Shown here piece by piece: positions 58,514 to 64,000 of a stretch of 64,000 bases of DNA. Source of the stretch: Roseomonas sp. GTDB lineage: Bacteria; Pseudomonadota; Alphaproteobacteria; Acetobacterales; Acetobacteraceae. Where the stretch lies: NCBI GenBank assembly GCA_041906015.1, contig JAYRJZ010000001.1:58150-122149 (forward strand), given 5' to 3'. Numbering within the stretch: position 1 is the first letter of the stretch; every line of letters starts with the position of its first letter. Below the pieces are notes generated by a model that was not told the DNA's origin, searched no databases, and saw nothing but the letters and a program-made list of their open reading frames with translations. A program made the position numbers and the translations under genes.

Positions 58514-58615
58514 CGCCGGCGGGAGAAGCCCGGCCACCCGTCATCCCCGATATCCCCAGGCCGGGGCGCGAATCCCCCCGCCCCGGCACCTCCTCGCCGC
58601 GCTATACCGGCGCCG

Positions 58616-60130
58616 ATGAACAGCTTTGATGCGACCCATGCCCCGGACGGCCTGCTGGGCCTGTCCCAGCGCCTACCGCCGGCGAATCTCGAAGCCGAGC
58701 AGGCGCTGCTCGGCGCGCTGCTGGCCAACAACAAGGCCTATGAGCGCGTCTCGGAATTCCTTGCCCCGGAACATTTCGCCGACCCGGTGCATGGCCGGAT
58801 CTACCAGGCGATCCAGCGACGCATTGAGGCCGGGCAGCTTGCCGACGTGGTCACGCTGCGGTCCGAATTCGAGCATTCGGGCGTACTGGACGAGGCGGGC
58901 GGCACGGCATACCTGGCGCAGCTCCTCTCGGCCATGGTCGGCATCATCAACGCCGGCGAATACGGCAAGGTCGTCTACGACGCTTATCTGCGACGCCAGC
59001 TGATCGACCTCGGCGAGGTGGTGGTGAACCGCGCCTTCGGCGCGGAGCCGGAACTCGACGCCAAGGCGCAGCTCGAATCCGCCGAACAGGCGCTGTTCGA
59101 CCTGTCCAAGGAAGGCGGCGCGGGGGATGGCGGCTTCGTCTCCTTCGAACGCGCGCTGACCATTGCCGTCCAGCATGCGGAAAAGGCCTTCACCACCCCG
59201 GGCGGCGTCTCGGGCCTGACCACGGGGCTGCGCGACCTGGACGCCAAGATGGGTGGCCTGCACCCGTCGGACCTGCTGATCGTCGCGGGGCGCCCCGGCA
59301 TGGGCAAGACCGCCTTCGCGACCAAGGTCGCCTTCGGCGCGGCGAAATCCATCCTGCGCGAGGCGCGCGAGAAAGACCCCAACGCCGTCCCGAGGGGCGG
59401 CTGCGCGATCTTCTCGCTGGAAATGAGCGCGGACCAGCTCGCAACCCGTCTGCTGTCGGAGGAAGCGCGCATCTCGGGCGACCGTATCCGCCGCGGCGAG
59501 ATCGGCCAGCGCGACTTCGACCGCTTCGTCGAGGTCAGCCGCGAGATCGCCGCCCTGCCGCTATGGATCGACGACACGCCGGCCATCACCATCTCGGCAC
59601 TGCGCACGCGCTGCCGGCGGCTCAAGCGCACCAAGGGCCTCAACCTGATCGTGGTGGACTACCTCCAGCTCATGCGCCCGGCGGCGGGGACGCGGCCTGA
59701 GAGCCGCGTGCTGGAAATCTCGATGATCACCCAGGGGCTCAAGGCGATCGCCAAGGAATTGTCGGTTCCGGTGATTGCCCTGTCCCAGCTCTCGCGCGCC
59801 GTGGAATCACGCGAGGACAAGCGGCCGCAGCTCTCGGACCTGCGTGAATCCGGATCGATCGAGCAGGACGCCGACGTGGTGATGTTCGTCTATCGCGACG
59901 ACTACTACCTCGCCCAGCGCGCGCCCAAGGAACTGACCTTCGACAACGCGGACAAGTTCCACGAGGCCGTCGACAAGTGGCAGAAGGACATGGAGATGGC
60001 GCACAACAAGGCGGAGCTGATCATCGCCAAGCAGCGCCACGGCCCCACCGGCACCATCAAGCTGTTCTTCGAGGCCGAGTTCACCCGCTTCGGCGACCTC
60101 GACACCCATCACGACGAGGATCATGGCTGA
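58616..60130 (+). CDS. dnaB: Replicative DNA helicase
   Basis: AGRPGMGKT, FSLEMS, VDYLQL, LSQLSR, DLRESGSIEQDAD and AKQRHGP. Confidence 0.98.
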   Translation: MNSFDATHAPDGLLGLSQRLPPANLEAEQALLGALLANNKAYERVSEFLAPEHFADPVHGRIYQAIQRRIEAGQLADVVTLRSEFEHSGVLDEAGGTAYLAQLLSAMVGIINAGEYGKVVYDAYLRRQLIDLGEVVVNRAFGAEPELDAKAQLESAEQALFDLSKEGGAGDGGFVSFERALTIAVQHAEKAFTTPGGVSGLTTGLRDLDAKMGGLHPSDLLIVAGRPGMGKTAFATKVAFGAAKSILREAREKDPNAVPRGGCAIFSLEMSADQLATRLLSEEARISGDRIRRGEIGQRDFDRFVEVSREIAALPLWIDDTPAITISALRTRCRRLKRTKGLNLIVVDYLQLMRPAAGTRPESRVLEISMITQGLKAIAKELSVPVIALSQLSRAVESREDKRPQLSDLRESGSIEQDADVVMFVYRDDYYLAQRAPKELTFDNADKFHEAVDKWQKDMEMAHNKAELIIAKQRHGPTGTIKLFFEAEFTRFGDLDTHHDEDHG

Positions 60131-60194
60131 CGGGCTCGCCGGGCGCGTGATAGCGGCGCAGGATGGCGGTGCTGCACCGCCGCAAGGACTCGTC

Positions 60195-61286
60195 ATGCCG
60201 TCTCCCGCCTCCACCGAAGCCGTGCTGACCATCGACCTGCCGGCCATCGTCGCGAACTGGAAGGACATGGCCGCGCGCGGGGCGCCCGGCGCGGTGGCGG
60301 GGGTGGTGAAGGCGGATGGCTATGGCCTCGGCGCCACGGAGGTCGGCCGCGCCCTGCGCGGGGCGGGCTGCCGGCACTTCTTCGTCGCCCAGCTCCGCGA
60401 AGGCATCGCCCTGCGCGAGGCCATCGGCCCGGGCCCGATGATCGCCGTGCTCGGCGGCTTCCGGCCGGGCGAGGATGGCGATGCCGCGCTCACCCCCGTG
60501 CTGAACTCGCTCGGCGATGTCGCCGCACATGGTGCGACGGGACGCGCGGATGGCGTGGCCCGCCGCGCCATCCTGCATGTCGATACGGCCATGGCACGTC
60601 TCGGCCTCGATGAGCGCGAGCTGCAGCGAGTCTCCCAGGATCACGGGCTGCTGGCAGGGCTCGATCTCCTTTATGTGATGACGCATCTCGCCTGCGCCGA
60701 CGAACCTGCCCATCCCCTGAACGCGGCCCAGGCGAAGCGCTTCGCCGCCGCCTGCGACGGGCTGCCGAAGACCCGCCGCTGCTTCGCCAATTCGTCGGGC
60801 ATGTTCCTTGGCCCCGCCTTCGCTTCCGACCTGTCGCGGCCCGGTTGCGCGCTCTACGGGATCAATCCCACCCCGGGGCAGGACAACCCGATGCGGCAGG
60901 TCGCGCGGCTCGATGCGCCGGTGCTGCAGATCCGGGAGATCGCCCCCGGCACCCCCGTCGGCTATGGCGCTTCCTGGACCGCCGAGCGGCCGACGCGCGT
61001 GGCGACGGTTGCGGTGGGCTATGCGGATGGCTACCTGAGGAGCCTGTCCAGCCGGGCGGCGGCGGAATTCCGCGGCCGCAAGGTTCCCCTCATTGGCCGC
61101 GTATCCATGGATCTGACGACCTTCGACGTGACCGACCTGCCCGAGATCTCCCCCGGCGACCGCCTGACCCTGGTCGGCGGCGCGGGGTGCAGCCCGGACG
61201 ACCTCGCCGCCGCGGCAGGAACGATCGGCTATGAGATCCTGACCTCGCTCGGCGCCCGCTACCATCGCGACTACATCCGGGGCTGA
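60195..61286 (+). CDS. alr: Alanine racemase
   Basis: VVKADGYGLG (PLP Lys), GYADGY, GRVSMD and TIGYE. Start may instead be 60123. Confidence 0.95.
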   Translation: MPSPASTEAVLTIDLPAIVANWKDMAARGAPGAVAGVVKADGYGLGATEVGRALRGAGCRHFFVAQLREGIALREAIGPGPMIAVLGGFRPGEDGDAALTPVLNSLGDVAAHGATGRADGVARRAILHVDTAMARLGLDERELQRVSQDHGLLAGLDLLYVMTHLACADEPAHPLNAAQAKRFAAACDGLPKTRRCFANSSGMFLGPAFASDLSRPGCALYGINPTPGQDNPMRQVARLDAPVLQIREIAPGTPVGYGASWTAERPTRVATVAVGYADGYLRSLSSRAAAEFRGRKVPLIGRVSMDLTTFDVTDLPEISPGDRLTLVGGAGCSPDDLAAAAGTIGYEILTSLGARYHRDYIRG

Positions 61287-61290
61287 GGGC

Positions 61291-62076
61291 TTGGACCTGG
61301 TGCTGAACCCCGTCGCGGCGATCGGCCGTGCCGTCATTGATGCCTGCCGCACGGTGGGGGCGCTGGCGCTGTTCGCGCTGGAAGGGCTGTCGCACCTGCT
61401 GCGCCCGCCCTTCTATGGCCGACTCTTCCTCAAGCACCTGGTCGAGATCGCCTATTTCTCGCTGCCCGTCGTCGCGCTGACGGCGACCTTCACGGGCATG
61501 GTGCTGGCGCTGCAATCCTATACGGGCTTCGCGCGCTTCAACGCGGAAGGCGCCGTTGCCAATGTCGTGGTGCTGTCCATCACGCGTGAACTCGGCCCCG
61601 TCATCGCCGCGCTGATGGTCGCCGGGCGCATCGGTGCCTCTTTCGCCGCCGAGATCGGCACCATGCGCGTGACCGACCAGATCGACGCGCTGACGACGCT
61701 GTCCACCAACCCGATGAAGTACCTCGTCGCGCCGCGGCTGCTCGCCGGCGTGATCGCCCTGCCCTTCCTGGTGCTGGTGGCGGATATCCTCGGCGTGATG
61801 GGCGGCTGGCTGATCGGGACGACGCGGCTCGGCTTCAACTCGGCCGGCTACCTCAAGGCCACCATGGACTTCCTGCAGTTCATGGACGTGACGTCCGGCC
61901 TCGTGAAGGCAGCCGCCTTCGGCTTCGTCATCACGCTGATGGGCTGCTGGTGCGGCTACAACAGCCGCGGCGGCGCGCAGGGCGTGGGTGCTGCGACGAC
62001 CACGGCGGTCGTCGCCTCCTCCATCCTCATCCTTGCCTTCGACTACATCCTCACCGAGATGTTCTTCGCCCGATGA
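61291..62076 (+). CDS. mlaE: MlaE family ABC permease
   Basis: RELGPV and AEIGTMRVTDQIDAL. Confidence 0.92.
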   Translation: MDLVLNPVAAIGRAVIDACRTVGALALFALEGLSHLLRPPFYGRLFLKHLVEIAYFSLPVVALTATFTGMVLALQSYTGFARFNAEGAVANVVVLSITRELGPVIAALMVAGRIGASFAAEIGTMRVTDQIDALTTLSTNPMKYLVAPRLLAGVIALPFLVLVADILGVMGGWLIGTTRLGFNSAGYLKATMDFLQFMDVTSGLVKAAAFGFVITLMGCWCGYNSRGGAQGVGAATTTAVVASSILILAFDYILTEMFFAR

Positions 62077-62849
62077 GCGATGCCGTGCCGAAGATCCGCC
62101 TGCGCGGCCTGACCAAGGCCTTCGGCGAGAAGCATGTGCTGGATGGCGTCGATCTCGATATCCGCGCCGGGCATGGCATGGTCATCCTGGGCGGGTCGGG
62201 GTCCGGCAAGTCCGTCACGATCAAATGCATCCTGGGGCTCATCGCCCCCGATGCCGGGACGATCGAGATCGACGGCCAGGACATCCTGGCGATGTCGCGC
62301 CGCGAGCGCGAGGCACTGAACGACCGCATCGGCATGCTGTTCCAGAACGGCGCGCTCTTCGACAGCCTGCCGGTCTGGGAGAATGTCTGCTTCAAGCTGC
62401 TCGCGCAGAAGCGCATCACCCGGGCCAAGGCCCGCGACAAGGCGGCGGAGGTCCTCGCCCAGGTGGGACTCGCGGCCTCGGTGGGGGATCTCTCGCCGGC
62501 CGAACTGTCGGGTGGCATGCAGAAGCGCGTGGGCCTTGCGCGCGCCATCGCCGCCCAGCCGGACATCATCTTCTTCGATGAACCCACCACCGGCCTCGAC
62601 CCCATCATGGGGGCGGTGATCGACGGGCTGATCGTTGATGTGGTGAAGCGCCTGGGCGCGACCGCCGTTTCCATCACTCACGACATGGCCAGTGCCCGGC
62701 GCATCGGCGACGACGCGGCGATGCTGTTCAAGGGCAAGATCGTCTGGACCGGGCCGGCGGCGTCGCTGGGCGAGACCGGCAATGCGATGGTGGACCAGTT
62801 CGCCCGCGGTGAACGCGAGGGGCCGATCCAGATGGAGCTGCGGCGGTAA
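62073..62849 (+). CDS. mlaF: MlaF family ABC ATPase
   Basis: GGSGSGKS, FQNGALFDSL, LSGGMQKRVGLARA and DEPTTGLDP. Confidence 0.9.
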   Translation: MSDAVPKIRLRGLTKAFGEKHVLDGVDLDIRAGHGMVILGGSGSGKSVTIKCILGLIAPDAGTIEIDGQDILAMSRREREALNDRIGMLFQNGALFDSLPVWENVCFKLLAQKRITRAKARDKAAEVLAQVGLAASVGDLSPAELSGGMQKRVGLARAIAAQPDIIFFDEPTTGLDPIMGAVIDGLIVDVVKRLGATAVSITHDMASARRIGDDAAMLFKGKIVWTGPAASLGETGNAMVDQFARGEREGPIQMELRR

Positions 62850-62880
62850 ATCAGGCGCCTGCGGCCCATCCTTGCGCTGA

Positions 62881-62930
62881 ATCAATCCGATCAAATCGAC
62901 TGGTTCAATCGAATTCTTCGAAGAAATCTG
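62881..62930 (+). promoter_or_regulatory. AT-rich putative OxyR-type site upstream of ahpC
   Basis: ATCG-N7-CAAT at 62895-62909 resembles ATAG-N7-CTAT. AT-rich patch in a GC-rich background. Confidence 0.45.
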
Positions 62931-63028
62931 TTGGACAGAACAGCGCCCCTGCCGCATTGCTGCATCGCACTAGGTGCAACGCACAAAGGCCGTTCCGACG
63001 GCCGAAAACCAGCAAGGAGCGTGACCGC

Positions 63029-63604
63029 ATGCTGACCGTTGGCGACAAGTTCCCCGAATTCGCCCTGGCCGCCGTGAAGGGTGGCGCCGAGGGCCTCGGC
63101 GGCCCCGGCAAGTCCTTCACCGAGATCACCTCCGCGTCCGATGCCGGCAAGTGGAAAATCGTGTTCTTCTGGCCGAAGGACTTCACCTTCATCTGCCCGA
63201 CCGAGATCGCCGCCTTCGGCAAGCTGGCCGGCGAGTTCGCCGACCGTGACGCGGTGCTCTACGGCGTGTCGACGGACAGCGAGTTCGTCCACCTGAACTG
63301 GCGCGTCTACAACGACGACATCCGCGACCTGCCGATCCCGATGCTGGCCGACATCAAGCGCGAGCTGTCGACGGCCCTCGGCATCCTCGACAAGCAGGCC
63401 GGCGTCGCGCTGCGCGCCACTTTCATCGTCGATCCGGACGGCACCATCCAGTGGGCGGCGGTGAACGGCCTGAATGTGGGCCGCAACCCGCAGGAAGTGC
63501 TGCGCGTGCTCGACGCGCTGCAGACGGACGAGCTCTGCCCCTGCAACTGGGAGAAGGGCAAGGACGTGCTGAAGCCGCAGGAGCTCTTTGAGAAGGCGGC
63601 CTAA
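63029..63604 (+). CDS. ahpC: Peroxiredoxin (alkyl hydroperoxide reductase C)
   Basis: FFWPKDFTFICPTEI, RATFIVDP and ELCPCNW. Confidence 0.96.
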   Translation: MLTVGDKFPEFALAAVKGGAEGLGGPGKSFTEITSASDAGKWKIVFFWPKDFTFICPTEIAAFGKLAGEFADRDAVLYGVSTDSEFVHLNWRVYNDDIRDLPIPMLADIKRELSTALGILDKQAGVALRATFIVDPDGTIQWAAVNGLNVGRNPQEVLRVLDALQTDELCPCNWEKGKDVLKPQELFEKAA

Positions 63605-63664
63605 GGCCACCTTCCGCGTCCGCCACGCAGGCAGCCGCCACACCAACCCTGCCTGCATGGCGGA

Positions 63665-63728
63665 ACGGGGGGCAGTCAGCCCCCCGTAAACCCCCCGGTC
63701 CCGCGCGCCCTGTCCGGGCACGCGGGAC
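63665..63728 (+). repeat. Tandem double hairpin between ahpC and ahpD
   Basis: ACGGGGGGC-AGTCA-GCCCCCCGT, linker AAACCCCCCG, then GTCCCGCGCGCCC-TGTCC-GGGCACGCGGGAC. Confidence 0.65.
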
Positions 63729-63748
63729 ATGTTGCCCTGGAGCCCCCG

Positions 63749-64000
63749 ATGTCCCTCGAAGCCCTGCGCGCCCGCCTGCCCGAACACGCCAAGGACCTGA
63801 AGCTGAACCTTGGTTCGCTGGCCACCGAGCCGGTGCTGAACCAGCAGCAGCTCGCCGGCACCTTCGTGGCCAGCGCCATCGCCTCGCGCAATGCCGAGGT
63901 CACGCGCGCCATCCTCGCCGAATTCGGCCCGAAGCTCTCGCCCGAGGCGCTCGCCGCGGCCAAGGCCGCCGCCGCCATCATGGGCATGAACAACGTCTAC
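63749..64000 (+). CDS. ahpD: Alkyl hydroperoxide reductase D (partial)
   Basis: Manual translation [24 protein letters not shown]...[15 protein letters not shown]; follows ahpC. Confidence 0.92.
   Translation, partial: MSLEALRARLPEHAKDLKLNLGSLATEPVLNQQQLAGTFVASAIASRNAEVTRAILAEFGPKLSPEALAAAKAAAAIMGMNNVY

Noticed and set aside
58616-60130. Intein in DnaB
   Set aside because: The length (504 aa) is normal and the motifs are contiguous.
61291-62849. mlaE-mlaF without mlaD as a novel transporter
   Set aside because: The dnaB-alr-mlaE-mlaF arrangement with mlaD elsewhere is common in alphaproteobacteria.

Overview
A very GC-rich alphaproteobacterial chromosome segment. Gene content and order suggest Acetobacteraceae, Roseomonas-like, which is inference only. 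It is almost fully coding, with about 65 credible CDSs. Housekeeping blocks are pstSCAB-phoU-phoB (with a clear Pho box), icd, lysR-cidA-lrgB, yfgM-bamB-like-der, fabD-(GNAT)-fabG, rpsF-rpsR-DUF2232-rplI, cfa-dnaB-alr-mlaEF and ahpC-ahpD. Between them lie many catabolic or accessory genes: an amidase, two gamma-glutamyltransferases, several hydrolases, a Liv-type ABC transporter with a cupin and an FAD monooxygenase, an AtzH-like/GST-kappa/D-amino acid dehydrogenase operon, a probable triuret hydrolase with a permease, an orphan flagellin and a two-domain cold-shock protein with a repetitive Gly/Arg linker. I found no rRNA, tRNA, CRISPR array, transposase, integrase or phage genes. The main structure not explained by genes is intergenic. 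(1) A family of two-hairpin REP-like units ending in GGAAACC occurs as inverted doublets, and one arm of each doublet carries a conserved tail, followed at three loci by a third hairpin with a compensatory base change. (2) A separate CTAGAGC-type, RIME/Bru-RS-like palindromic element supplies the TAG stop codon of two genes. All calls come from motif reading by eye; no database search was run. Most long ORFs in the supplied track are GC-bias shadow ORFs.
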